Assembly: GCF_036971445.1 (NCBI RefSeq)
Contig: NC_091470.1
Location: 157,108,001 to 157,172,000, forward strand
From: Narcine bancroftii
Taxonomy: Eukaryota
DNA: 64,000 nt
Reading direction: 5' to 3'
Both the position numbers and the translations under genes were made by a program. Positions within the stretch are counted from its first letter, which is position 1, and every line of letters begins with the position of its first letter. A model generated the notes under the pieces. It saw nothing but the letters and a program-made list of their open reading frames with translations. It ran no database searches and was not told the origin of the DNA. Below, piece after piece: positions 24,130 through 37,420 of the stretch.

Positions 24130-27100
24130 ATAAACTTGCCAAAAGTGCTAATGAAATGCCCTTGACAAGCATGATAAAATAGAATTGTTAGGCATTTTAT
24201 CCTTGCATTAAAAACAAAAGGCTGACTTGGGAAAGAATAGGACTAACTCACTCATGGACAGAGGATGTAAATTATGCTCAGAATCAGAGGAAGTGGGTGA
24301 GATACGAACAGGGTACTCACCAAGGAAAAGGATATGGAGGTTTATGAGAGCAGGGTGGAGAATGCAAGCACGCGAGGGCAGCCTGAGAAGAGAGGCGGTG
24401 CTGGGTCTTTTGCAGTACATTAAGATGGTTAAATCTCCAGGATCTGGTGGAATATATCCCAGGTTCTTGAAATAAGGGCGAGAGTGGAGATTGCTGGGAC
24501 CATGACAAAGATGGATAAGTCTCTAGCTCCCAATGGGATTTTCCATAGGACCTTGAGAGGTTAGTGAGGAAATAACAGCAGCTCTGACAGTGGTTTTTCA
24601 AATGACATTAATACGCCGGAGGATTGGCATATTGCTCATGTGGTTCCTTTGTTTAAAAAGGGTTTGAGGAGCAAGCCTAGCAATTATAGGCCTGTAAGTT
24701 TGACGTCTGTGGTAGGTAAGTTAATGGAAAGCGTTCTTCGAGATAGTATGTATAAGTATCTGGAGAAACAGGGTCTGATCAGGAATACTCAACATGGGTT
24801 TATGGGTGGAAGGTCATGTTTGACTAATCTTGTTGAATTTTTTGAAGAGGTGATTAGGAATGTTGATGAAGGGAAAGCAGAGGATGTTGTCTATATGGAC
24901 CAGTAAGGCCTTCAATAAGGTTGCGCATGAAAGGTTAGTTAGGAAGGTTCAGTCGTACAAGATAGTCAAATGGATTCAACAGTAGCTGGAAGGGAGGTGC
25001 CAATCATAGTGGATACAGGCGGTGTGCCTCAAGGTTCTGTATTGGGTACATTGCTGTTTGTCATTTACATTAATGATCTGGATGATGGGATGGTAAATTG
25101 GATAAGCAAATATGTGGATGATACTAAAATGGATAGAATTGTGGAGAATGAAAAAGGTTTTAGACTGCTTAGAAGAGTGGGCTGAAAGATGGCAGATGGA
25201 GTTTAATGCTGATAAGTGTGAAGGGCTTCATTTTGGAAGAAATAATCAAAGCACGACATACATAGTAAATGGGAGGGCATTGAGGAGTGGATTAATGTTT
25301 CATTGTTCCCTGAAGGTAAAATCTCATGTGGATAGGGTGGTGAAGAAGGTTTTTAGTATATGTTGGCCTTTATAAATCAAAGCATAGAATACGGGAGTTG
25401 GGAGGTGATGTTGAGACTGTTCAAGACATTGGTGTGGCCAAATTTGTAATACTGTGTGCAGTTCTGGTCACCGAATTATAGGAAGGATATCAACAAGGTA
25501 GAGAGAGTGCAGAGAAGATTTATGATGATGTTACCTGGGTTTCAGCATCTCGATTACAAAGAAAAATTGAGCAGATTAGGTCTTTATTCCTTGGAGCGGA
25601 GAAAGTTGAGGCGGGATGAGATAGGGGTATTTAAGATTATGAGGGGAATAGATAGAGCTGATGTGGATCGGCTTTTTCCCTTGAGGGTAGGAGAGCTTGA
25701 AACAAGGTCATGAGTTAAGCGGCAAAAGTTTAGAAGTAACAAGAGGGGAATCTTCACCACAGTAGTGGCGGCAGGGTCCATTTTGTCATTTAAGGAAAAA
25801 TTGGATAGGTATATGGATGGGAGCGGAATGGAGGGTGATGGGGAAGGTGCAGATAGGTGGGACTAGAGGAGAGTACTTGGTTCAGTTTGGACTAGAATGG
25901 CTGAGATGGCCTGTTTCCATGCTGTAATTGTTATATGGTTATATTCTCAAAGTAACCTCTCCAGACTGGGGAGAAGCCAATATAGCAGGAAATTGTACTG
26001 ATGAGTGGTAGGGAAACGATTGGAGAGGCTACTTAGGGATTTGGAAAGGCGTGGTCTGATTAGGGACAGTCAGCATGGCTTTCTGTGGGGCAGGTCATGT
26101 CTTACAAATGTGAATTGTTTTGAAGTGACAAAGGTGGTTGGTGAGAACAGAGTAGTGAGTGGTCATTGAGAGGGCTGGATGGTGTGGACGTAGAAATGCT
26201 TCCATCTGTGGGATTGTCTAGGACCAGAGGGCATGGCCTCAGAATAAAAAGATGTCCCTTTAGATGAGAAATTCTTTCAGCCAGAGGGTGGTGAATCTGT
26301 GGAGTTAATTTCCACAGCCCTGCCATGAAGGCCGTCAACAGGAAGGTTCTTAATTGGGGATCAAAGGTTATGGGGGAGAAGGCAGGAAAATGGGGATGAA
26401 AAGAAGCCATGATTCAAATGACAGAACTGATTCAATGGGCCAAGTGGCCTAATTCTGCTCCAATCTCTTATGGCCTTTCGTCCTTATGGACTCTAATGAG
26501 GTCCATCATGGTTGCCTGATCCAGAAGATACTTGGGATATGTGGAGAACTGATGGTTTGATTTAGAATTGACTTGTGCACAGAAGAGAGAGAATAGTGGT
26601 TGGAAGGATGTTATTCTGGCTGGAGGTCCATGATCAGTGAGTTCAGCTCTATTTCGTGATATAGAGATAGATATATACAAGATTGGGGAAGATACAGATG
26701 GTATAGAGGACTGACAAATTTCCAATAGGATATAAATTAGTTGCAGATGTGGGCATAAAAATGGCAGATGGAGTTTAAAACAGCCAATGTGACGCATTGC
26801 ATTTTGGGAGGTCAAACGCATACTGTTAACAGCAGGACTTTTAAAACCATTGATGAGCAGAGGGATCGGGGGCAAGGTGCTTGGCTCATCGGAAATGGGT
26901 ATGCAAGTAGATAGAATGGTAAAGAGGGCACTGAGCGCACAAGCAAGGAGGTGCTGTTGCACCAGTAAAAAAACTTTGGTGAGGCCATAATTGGAGTGTT
27001 GTGTGCAGCAAAAGATGTGGTGGCTTTGGAAAGAGTGCAGATTCACCTGGATTAGAGGTGGGACAAACATGGGTTGTCTTCTCTGGAGAGGAAACCAGTA

Positions 27101-27370
27101 GGTGTTATAAAATTATGAGAGGCACGGATTTGGTTGATGGTCAGAACCTTTTTCCCCAGGATATACTCAAGGGCATGCATTTAAAGTAAGGGTTTAAAGG
27201 AGATGTTTTACACAAAGAGTGGGAGCTTGCTGCATCGAGCTGCCAGTGATAGTGGTGGAAGCTATAAGAATTCTAGGTAGAATTATGGAAGGAATATTTA
27301 TAATGTGCAAACAGAAGAGATTTAGTTCGATTTCAGATTCGTGTTCGGTGCAGATATCAGGGGCCGATAT
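24130..27370 (+). mobile_element. Cluster of nested CR1-clade LINE fragments in the last SSU72 intron (best preserved copy ~24470-25942)
   Basis: RT motifs VPLFKKG..NYRPVSLTSVVGKLME, QHGF..GRSCLTNL, GVPQGSVLG.LLF..YINDL, KYVDDTK; C-terminal LGLYSLERR; short tandem tail at ~25930. Confidence 0.92.
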
Positions 27371-28058
27371 AACAATTATAATTGTTTCCCAATCCAGAGC
27401 ATTTCTTTCAATAATTTACGGTTTAACTATCTCTGCATTATGATTATAAACTATTTACAGCCTTGTTGAAAATTACTGGAGATTATTAAGACATAACTTT
27501 TGTGTTACACAAGAAATATGAAACAGGAAAGGCTGGTTAAAACAAGTAACGAGTCAATCAAATGCCAAAACCAACTGATTTTGGTTCAGATGCAACGTCA
27601 ACAATGGAACTGTTTTCTCCCCCAAAGGTTGTTTGCAGGAATCCGACAATTGTTATAATCGAGAATGCAGCTCCATGCGAAGTTGCAGACAGCGAGTTAA
27701 ATGATTACCTGAAAAAAAAAATCCTAATGCTGATGGCTGAATTAGAACAGGAACAAAAACAGGCCAGTACAATTCTGGTCAAAAGAGACAAATTTGTTGT
27801 TCAAACTCCAAATCACCTACCAGAAAGCAGTGAGTTGCATCGAGGAACATTCCACTTCGCTGCTCAAGTAACAGCACATCATGTAAAACTTACAAACAAT
27901 CATATTGCGTTGGACCAGGAAGGAAAGTGGGAAATTGACCTGTGTAGATCTGGCTGCGGAACGTACATTCCACTTGGATTGCTGGATGTAATTCTGCGCT
28001 GTGCACTCTTTCACATTTGTTCCCCATGCTCCCAATACACAAAAGTGTAAACACTTAC

Positions 28059-28177
28059 ACATTGGCACAGTTCACAAATGAGGAAAGCTCCAATTGTAGC
28101 TTCTTCATGATTATCCTGAATATCCACGTTTATGACATGCACTGATTGGAATGTCTCCTGTTCTCTTGAATTCAGAT
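28059..28177 (-). CDS. SSU72: SSU72 penultimate coding exon
   Basis: cccag acceptor, gtaagt donor; (D)LNSREQETFQSVHVINVDIQDNHEEATIGAFLICELCQC; 119 nt. Confidence 0.97.
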
Positions 28178-28268
28178 CTGGGAAATCACAAGATGGGGAC
28201 GTCAGCAAACCACGTTTCACAAGCAGCTAGGTCAACAGGGTGGCGAGCACAAGGGATGGCCATTTTAC

Positions 28269-28408
28269 CTTCAAGCACCTGATCGTACACGCGTTCCTCA
28301 CATGTTACTATCAGATCAAACTGGTCTTTGCAGGTCTGGAAACGCTCTGGTCGAGATTTTATCCGCTTGTTTCTATCCAACATATGGAGAATCCCATTCT
28401 GTGTATAT
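28269..28408 (-). CDS. SSU72: SSU72 internal coding exon (third exon by vertebrate structure)
   Basis: YTQNGILHMLDRNKRIKSRPERFQTCKDQFDLIVTCEERVYDQVLE; gtaaaa donor; 140 nt; followed by a 91-nt intron. Confidence 0.97.
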
Positions 28409-28418
28409 CTGGGCAGAA

Positions 28419-28427
28419 GTCAAGGAA
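28419..28427 (-). other. SSU72: U12-type branch point sequence TTCCTTGAC
   Basis: Minus strand reads aagTTCCTTGACttctgcccag|exon; matches TTCCTTRAC with the branch A 12 nt from the 3' splice site. Confidence 0.8.
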
Positions 28428-28799
28428 CTTAAAGGTGCACATTGAATAAACTACAAATATCTACAGCAATAAATAAGGTTTCTGTTTGCAGCAGCAAAAA
28501 CATGAGCAAGAACCCATTCAAATGTTGTTTTCAACAATTCCTACCAGATGCTGGCATCCAAATTAGTTGTCCCCCCTCATTGGAAGCATGTGCTTCTCGA
28601 AATAGGTAGAGCTTGAGAGTCTCTTGGGAACGAATAATGAAATTTGGACAATATACAGCAGATGCTGACATATTGATGCCAAGAGAGTACTTTAGCTGCA
28701 AGAGATGCATTTCTTGTTTTCCGCCATCATCTGCTATTTTAAAGTTCAAGCAGAGATGATGTTTACGATGCTTGAAGGAAACTGCTTTGAAGATTTTAA

Positions 28800-28965
28800 G
28801 TTAGCGCTATACTATTAGAGTGCCAGCGACCTGGGCTCGAATCCGTCGCTGTCTGCAAGAAGTTTGAACGTTATCCCTCTGTCTGTTTCTTCCGGGTGCT
28901 CCAGTTTCCTCCCACATTCCAAAGATGTACAAAGTTAGATTTATTGGTCACATGTTTATTTTGGT
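28800..28965 (+). mobile_element. tRNA-derived V-SINE (HE1-like)
   Basis: Pol III box-like GTTAGCGC / GGCTCGAATCC followed by V-domain CCGGGTGCTCCAGTTTCCTCCCACA. Confidence 0.75.
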
Positions 28966-28969
28966 GCAC

Positions 28970-29445
28970 ACAGCACCGAGGTTGGGTATCCTGTGGCAAA
29001 TACCTTGCCTCCTGATGTCCCAAAGCCTTTCCACCATGCAAGACAGGACCGTGCTGATCTCTCCACGTGCCTAGATAAATGCAAGTCTAATGACACATGA
29101 CACTTTCAGGGGCAAAACAATTAAACTAGGTTGGCACCCCATCCACATCTTAAACCGATTCCCTCCACCAGGGTTCACAATCTACAAAATGCACAGCAGT
29201 TACTGAACCTCAATAACTCTGAAGGTTGTACAACACCCCCGTTAAAAAATGCATCACTGTTCCACCATTGTTGGTGGGTCTAAATCTCGCAACTCTTTCC
29301 TTCTCTCCCATTCCACTTTATCAACAGTTCTGTAGGAGCAGCATCTTGCAAGGACTGTATGTAGTTCAATTGCTAGGTCACCACCATCTTCAAGGATAAA
29401 TGGGGAGTGTAATAAATACTAGCCTTGCAAACAACATCGGGATTC
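28970..29445 (+). mobile_element. Decayed L2-like LINE 3' fragment
   Basis: Tail TCACCACCATCTTCAAGG...AATAAATACTAGCCTTGC; a similar tail occurs at ~57700-57980. Confidence 0.45.
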
Positions 29446-30029
29446 TCAAAATTAAGCAGTAAACTGCTTGTAAAGAAACTTTAATGAAACCATAGAAAAT
29501 TCCTCAGCATGAAAGCTCTCATTAATCAGGACTTTCGTTACCAAATTTTGGAAAAATTTCAGTGAATGTGCAAATTACTCAGCCAGATTCAGTTCCAAAT
29601 TTAAATAATGCAAAATATCAATACCTCAAAAAAAAAGACCCAAAACATTAACTGCCTATTTCTCTCCAATGGATGATGCCTGATCTGCTGAGCTCCTTCA
29701 GTTTCTCATTGTGAATTAAATGCAAATATTTGAATCAAGCCCATCTATTTGAAGAAATTAAAATGGACTCCAAGGTCAGGGCTTGGCTTGTGATGCTTTA
29801 GAATTACACACAGATGAGCAATGTGATCTGTTATCACTCAACAAGATGACCAATAGATCAGTAACAAAACACTATTGCAACATTACAATGCTACTGCTTT
29901 ACACATTATCAGTTGAATTGCTTATGGTTAGCAAATTAGCATCAGATTTCTTGCAACTCACTCAGTACAAGCCAAATTGTACCTTCACACCATTAAAGGT
30001 TAATACATTTATGCTGGTTTTTAAAAATG

Positions 30030-30910
30030 AGACCAAAATTGATGTGGCACAGGGGGGTGGGTGTGGTGAGATTATTAACGCCTGGCATAGGCTGGTCCAG
30101 AGTAATTTTCTCCACCAGCTATATTTTGACACTGCAAAAACTGACCAAGGCTAAACCAGAAATTTCAGACCAATGCTTCAGAAGTGGCATTGTGACAGGA
30201 ACCTTTGTGCACAGAATCTAGATGTGTACCAAGGTGAGACTCTTTTGGGTGGAACTAGGCCAAGCCCTAGAAAAAAAAAATCATAGGTAAAGAATTCCCA
30301 CAGGAACCAGAGCTGTTCCTTTGGGAAATATGATGGACATGAGACTTAAGATAAAGCTGTCCAAATTCTAAGTCCAATTTGTAATGATCGCATTGGCAGT
30401 GGCCAGGAAGTGCATAGCAGTTACCTGGAAATCTGACTCCAACTTGGGCATTGTGTGCTGGAATATGGAAACGCAAAGCTGTGTTCCCTGGAGAAAATTA
30501 GCTATAACTAAAGGGAAAAAACATACATCTTCCTAAAAATTTGGCAACCATATTTAAATTTAATAGGAGCATAGTAATACTGTGTATCTCACTGCCCTAC
30601 CTTCCCTGTCTATCCTTCTACTGAGGGAGGGAGGGGAGTCAATCCAATCCCAATCAAGTAAGTCAAGGAAAATGTAACAGCCTAGTTAGGCCATGACAAA
30701 TTCCTGATGTGTTCCATACCTTTGTTGTGGCTGTCCTGCATGTTGGGCATAATTGTGGTCTGTTGAGTGTGGGGGAGGGGAGAGGGGAAGGGAAGTGGGG
30801 ATAAAATGAGTTGGACTCAACAGCAAATTTTATATATAATTGATAACTGTAATTTGTGATTTTGATTACTGGAAACGGTTTGAAAATTTATATATAAAAT
30901 ATTCAAAAAA
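30030..30910 (+). mobile_element. 5'-truncated L1-clade LINE (ORF2 C-terminal Cys-rich region + 3'UTR)
   Basis: Peptides LVQSNFLHQLY, ISDQCFRSGIVTGTFVH, IALAVARKCIAVTWK parallel the 3' part of the L1 at 4108-9799; A-rich end at ~30905. Confidence 0.8.
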
Positions 30911-32059
30911 TGTAGAGAAGAGCCAATAACTATTGAGATGGCCAAAAGCCAAATAGATTAATTGCCAAAGCATTTAGGATGTCGCTTCACCTTTGCTTGA
31001 TCCAATCAGCCAGTTTGTAGAGAACCATTGCCCAATCACTTGAAGTAGAGTCAATGCATGGAGTCAGCTGGTGGGAATGTCTGTATAAGGTGGGGTGCAT
31101 CCATGAGTGTTCAGTTTTCATTAAAAAACCCTATGTTAAATGATCTGAACTATGTGCAGTACTACTACCATAACTGTACAGGCCTTGGATGGTGAAAAGA
31201 GCTTCCCACAGCTGCTCGCTGGCCAGCAGCTCTTCTCAGCCTGCTAACGCTACTCTGAAGTATAGCCAAGTCCCCATGACACAGTCCATCCACAGGGCCA
31301 GGTACAGAAGGGCAAGCAGCAAAAGAAGCCGCTCAATCATTAAGGCCTTCAACAGGGGGCTATCAAGTTGAAAGTCTAATTAATTGGATAGTATTGGAGG
31401 GCCAGAAACATCTTCAACTCTACCTACAACAGCGAGCACAATGTTGAAGTGGTGCGGAAACATTTGCTGAGCATCAGGAAAGGGGAAATGCAGGTGGATC
31501 AAGATAAATGTGCAGAGTCTAACAAATTAAGTAGCAAGGCTTATTTGCAGGTTGTGCATTAATGCAGAGTGTCATGTAGTTGAAATCACGTGTAGTACAT
31601 AAGCAATGAGCATTCCCACCAGTTGCCTGTCAACCTCAAGACCTCACCTCATTTCTTCTCTTGCTCTGTGATGAATTAACACCGGCTGAAGAACTGAGCA
31701 GAAACTTGGCACCATTAGAAATCAAGTGCTGTCTGGAAATGTTAATGCAAATTAAAACCAAAACAGACACCGTGAACTCAGCCATAATGAAACAAGCAAA
31801 ACATTCTGCTTAACTCAAACATTTATTACAAATACATAATAAGCAATGGGAGACCAGTTTGTTCTGAGAGAATTATGGTGACAAACTGGTTGAGATTAGT
31901 ACAGTGCTGTTCTGACTAGTTATACATGGTTATAGACTGAACTTGTTCCCAGCACGGAATGCTGAAATGTAAGCCTTTGCCATTCTTGCCTCTTGCACCA
32001 TTTGTTGAGTAATTATCGTTTCAAATCTTGAGCACAGTAAACACGGGAAACAGCTCTCT

Positions 32060-32243
32060 GGGCCGCACAGTTATCATAGCGGTTGGGGTTCCAATCCATG
32101 CTCTTTAAGGAGTTTGTACTTTGTCCCTATGTCTGCGTGGGTTTTCCCCGGGTGCTCTGACTTCCTCCCACCCTTCAAAACGTACTGGGGGTTAGGTTAA
32201 TTGGGTGGCATGGGCTCGTGGGCCGAAAGGACCTGTTAATGTA
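32060..32243 (+). mobile_element. V-SINE (HE1-like)
   Basis: GGGTTTTCCCCGGGTGCTCTGACTTCCTCCCACCC V-domain and shared 3' tail GGGCCGAAAGGACCTGTTA. Confidence 0.8.
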
Positions 32244-35200
32244 AGTCTGCCCTGACAAAAATTTCAGCAGTTCTATTTTTCCACAAACTTTTCTGACTTT
32301 GATTTTCATTTGAATAATAGACAGAGGGCAAGTTAAGATAAATATAAATATAAGAACAAGTGTATTTAAAGGACATGCCCACTGTTCAGCTTGAGAACAG
32401 GGGTTTGGTTGCCTGCAAGCTGAGGAAATTACAGCATGTCACCTCTGCTCCAAGCTCATTCAACTACACCTTGGCCAGCGGATGAATGGAAAGCAGTTAT
32501 GGATAGGGAGGGGAAGAGGCTTTAAACAGATCAACTGCAACACCTCCTAAATCCCTCTGGACTACAGACAACTTGCAAAATTCCACTCACCCGTGCATAT
32601 TATTTATCTGTAATAACTGTTGGATTCACATAGATTAGGAAGGCAACATTATTACAGAAGAGAAACCCAGCAAGGTGACCATGCACAAAATTTGGAAAGT
32701 AGGCTTTGATGAGTCAAATGGACATTTTCCAAATCACATGCATAGGGCAAACACACAATGTAGTTCATAAATTCTTTTTGCTTCATGAATTGCACAATAC
32801 TAGTGCTTTCCACTTTGAGCAGGTTTCAGTTTCTCAAATATCATGAACAAATACATAAGCCAGGTCAGTGGGTCACAACCCAGATGGTAGAACTGAGCCA
32901 GCGAGGCAGATTCTGATTTGGGATGAGTAAGTCAACTCAAGAAAGGTGAGCTTTGTGATCCCTGCAGCGAGCAGAGGTTTTCCTCACTCACATTCCTTTC
33001 CTCATTTTGGTTCTATTTCATTGGGGAACTTTGCTAAGGGTTGATGTTAATTATTTTTCAACCACTCCCTGAAGCAGCAGTTTGGAACAGAAAACAGTTG
33101 TGTGCACGGCAGAAAAGTGAGTATCTATTTCCCATTAATTACTTTGGTTACAAGCTATTTGAAATCCCATTCTCCGTCCTGTTTTTGAGGCATTCATTTT
33201 CCTTTTATCCATTCCTGCTGGACACAGTTCACATGATACACGCAGCCTCACTTCTTTTGCCAAGGGGCTAGATTTCTCAATGATCCAGTTTTACAGCACA
33301 GAAACAGGCCCTTTTGCCCAACATTGCTCATACTGGCCAAGTTGTTGAGTGAAGCCAAGTCTCATTTGCCTGTGTTCAACCCATAGTCCCTCAAAACAAG
33401 GACCCAAACCATTAAGTGTCCATTTCTCTCCATGGATGCCGTCTACCTGCCGAGTCCCTGGAGCTTCTTGTTCATTAAATCTGAATCAAAAGTTCAACTA
33501 TTTGGAAAAAGGAAATTGAGACTCAAAAAGATCAGGGTTTGGCTTGTGAGGTTTTACACTGCACACACAGGTGAGCAAAGTGATCCAAATATCACCCTGC
33601 CCATTTTCAGACAAGATGAGTTAGACTGCCCTTCAGCAACAAAGAACACAATGCAACATTGCAATAAGTTACAATTTCTATTTTGCTGCATTTTCAATGC
33701 CACATGGCATTGCGACCTATCCCGGTGAGTACATGGTCTCTGGATCGTCACCATTCTGGATCTATCAAACTATATTAAGATGCAAGAACTAAATCCTCAA
33801 GGCACCCATATGAGCTTTCCTGACATGCATATCGAGGTATACAGTAGAGAGGCAGGCTATTCAGCTCAACCAACTGGCTCAGCATTTATTATCTTTCCTC
33901 ATCTAAATCAACAGAACTTTTGTTTGCTCACACCCCTCTCCAGCTTCCTTGTAAATATGTCTTACCATTTGCTGCAAACTGCGCTAGCAAGTTCCACATA
34001 CTCACCAGGGTTTGGATAAGGAAGCTTCTTTCAAAATTCCTGATTTATTGCTAATTAAATTGACAGATTCCAGTTATGCTCCCCCACGACCAACTCAGGT
34101 TTAGTGAGATTAGAGGGAAAGGGTTTTTAAAAAATCCATTGAACTGCAAAAATCATCCTTGGAGGGAAACTTTCTGCACCTCAACAAAGATGACCACCTC
34201 ATTAACTCCAAACTTGTCATAATTGTTGATGACTTGGAAGGACGAGGCCAAGATGGGTAAAGCAAATGTATTGCAAAGGAGAAAGGAACTCCTTTTGATA
34301 AAATTGAGAACAGCGGGTGCACATTTTGAAACCTTTAATTTCAAGAATGATTTTACAATTACAGTTTGAAAGGCAGCAGCAAGGGAATGATTGAACAAAT
34401 GAACACCCCACTTTCCAGGGTATTATGGAGAAACAAAAGCTCAGTAACTTTCAGGTAATAGAAGAAAAATCAAGACGTTATGTGGAGGTGCAATAGAAAG
34501 GTCACATCTGCCCTATAGAATTAAATGCAATGGATATGGGAAAACTGAAATGTTTAAAGATGTATACTGACAAAGCTCATGAAAATTCAAGCCATCAGTA
34601 TTTAGTGTGACTGCAAAGAGTAAAGAATGCATGCTTTCCAAATTGGCAAAACTTAATCGGCAGTAGGCCAGTAATCATTTGCGAGGTTTCTTTCTCCAAA
34701 TACATTTAAGTGATTTTAAAGTATGACAACTAAAAAGAAATAGCTGTTGACAAATGAAAAGTGCCGTGCTACAAGGTGTTGTGCAGCTGGTGATACAGTT
34801 GAGGACATTGATGTGCCAAACTATTCAAAATCGATGGAAGTGGCATAATTTAGGCACACTCCAGAGAAGAGGGGAAAAAGACAGCAGTGGCCAAAATCCA
34901 AGTTTATAAATCAAGATTTAACCTTCAGTTGGCGCACATGTTAATACTTTCAAGTTAAAGGAGAAAATGTGAATGTGTAACACTGAAACTTCAGGCCATA
35001 TCTGGTTGTAAAAAAAGAACCCACACAAACTGTATTCATTAGACATGGGCAAGAGAGAGTTTGCATTTATGTTTTTTTTAAAATTAATCTGACTTTCACT
35101 TTAAACAACAGTGAAGGACTTGTACAGGTTGTGAATATTTCTATAACTAGCCACACAACGCTGAAAGCTGGACATACAGGCTCCAGTGTTGATTCATAAA

Positions 35201-35809
35201 AGCCACGTTGGTGGTCTGCAGGCAGTTACCATGACACAACCCTGGACATTTCATCCGGAATCTTACTTAAAGTGAAACCAGTAAATCTCCAAATGTATTA
35301 TTCCCTCACAAAAAAAAATGGGAGTAATCCTAACATTGTCACAAAGCCAAAGTGTAGTCAGCTGAAAGCTACTAATGTCAAATCTGCAAAACTTGGCAGT
35401 TAACTGCTGGATCTTATTCGCAGAATTAAGTATGGGCAATGGAGAGAGGAAAGCAAGAACAAACACAGCTAGCAGTAGGAGCAGAGGTGAGGCATACAGC
35501 TCCTCAAGCCATTCAACAGATTTTCACTGATCGCTCCTGTATCCATCCATAAATATCTTTGAATTCCACTGTTCAATGTTTCACTTCATTGAAAGTTCCA
35601 GGATGGTTACATTTACCATTCACAAAGTGAATGAAAATGTGCTCCAGTGCAATGAGCATGTATTGGAACAGACATTTGGTTCTTGCTTTTCTAAGTCCAG
35701 TAGCACTTCAAGCAATCCCAGTACATCGAGTCCCACCATTCCACGACAAAGTCTGAAACGGGAGAGCCAGCTGCCAGAAAATGAACTTGGTACCACCCGA
35801 GCATAAAAG

Positions 35810-37420
35810 TCAGAATTAGGTTTATGTCATGAATGTGTCACAAAATTTGTTGTTTTGCAGCAAAATTGCTATAAATTTCAACTCTGTAGACTCAAGATTT
35901 AAAAATAATTAGTGCAAGAAAGAGAAAGGCAAGGTGGTATCCATGGGTTCCATTGTCCATTCAGAAATCTTATGCTGGAGATTTTTGTAACGTTGGGCGT
36001 GTTTCAGGCTCCTGTCCTTCTTTCTGGATGGCAGTAGTGAGAAAAGGGGATTGATGGAGACTGCCTCTTAAAGATGTTTTTAATGGAGTGAAGACCAATT
36101 CCCATGATGGCACTGGCTGAGTTTACATCCCTCTGTAGCCTTTTCCTGTCCTGTGCATTGGCACCTCCAGACCAGACTGATGCAACCAGTCAGAATGGTC
36201 TCCATGATACACGTGTAAAAATGTGCAAGTCTTTGGTGACATACCAGTTCCCTAATGAAATAGAATTGTTGGCATACTTTTGACATGATGGCCCCCGGAT
36301 CAGTCTTCAGATGTGGACATCCAGGAATTTGAAGTTGCTTTGTTGTGACTACTCCAGGAGTAGTAAATGAATACACCAGAGACTTATTTGAATTTGCCTC
36401 CTCTTTTAAATCCCTCTGGGCCCAGACACCCAGAACCAGAAGTGACATCATCCTGTGCCTGCCACTCACCTGCAGGGCGCGTGTCTTAAAGACGATGGGA
36501 GCCCCGCTCCATCTCGAAGGTGAATAACCAACTCTCCAGTGTGCTGCTACCCAACCGCGCGCGCCACTCCAGCCAGGTGAGTGAGTGGTGATCAGGGCCC
36601 ATGGTGCTGAGTAGCCACTCAGCAAGCCTCACGGGCGACGGTTCAACCCACTTCACTATGCGGCCGCTTGGCCCGGTGCACCATATCCTTTTCTTTGCTG
36701 ACCCTTGATGAGGACTGATTTGTGGTCTCTTGGTTTCCATTAATTCCTTAGTTTTGGTAACGTCAAGTGCAAGGATGTTGTGGTGACACCGCTCAACTAG
36801 CTGATCTAGGGCTGGGTGGAGAGCCCTTGAGATTGCATCTGCTGGGAAATGATTGCTGTGATAGGCAAATTGCAGTGCACGCATGACCAACCTTTCAAAG
36901 CATTTCATCACAGTAGTTATGGGTAACAGTCATTGAGGAAGCACACTCTGCTATTCTTGGGCACCAGTATGATTGACAGCCCTTTGAAGCAAGTGGGAAC
37001 CTCAGATTTCAGCAGTGAGAGGTTGAAATTGTCCGCGAACACTCTAGCTAGTTGGTTGCCACAGATTTTCAGTCCCCTGCCAGGTACACCATCAGGGCCT
37101 GGCACCTTGCTAGGGTTCACCCTCTTGAAGGCTGCTCAGACGTCATCCACACAGGGTCGCCATCTTCTGCAGGGATCCTCACTGGCACAGTTGAATTCTC
37201 CTTTTCAAAGTGAGCGTAAAGGGTGTTCAGCCCATCAGGGAGTGAAGCATCACAGGCATTTATGGTGTTAGGCTTCACCTTGTCAGATGTAATGGCCGAC
37301 AAGCTCTGCCAGAGCTGGTGAGTATTTAATTCTGTTTGTGAAAATTGCTTCTTTGCTGTTAAGGTAGTCTTCCGCAGGTCATACCTGGACTTCCAACAGA
37401 GATCCAGATCTTTGCTTTTT
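35810..37420 (-). mobile_element. Rex1/Babar-clade LINE fragment, interrupted by an insertion at 36341-36685
   Basis: KVPGPDGVPGRGLKICGNQLARVFADNFNLSL..VPTCFK...VPK....LND, MKCFERLV, LQFAY are hallmark Rex1 RT motifs. Confidence 0.88.
36341..36685. mobile_element. Probable solo LTR inserted in the Rex1 element
   Basis: CpG-rich block starting TGTTGTG and ending CACCATA (near TG...CA), flanked by TGCTT / TCCTT; Rex1 sequence resumes across it. Confidence 0.5.
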
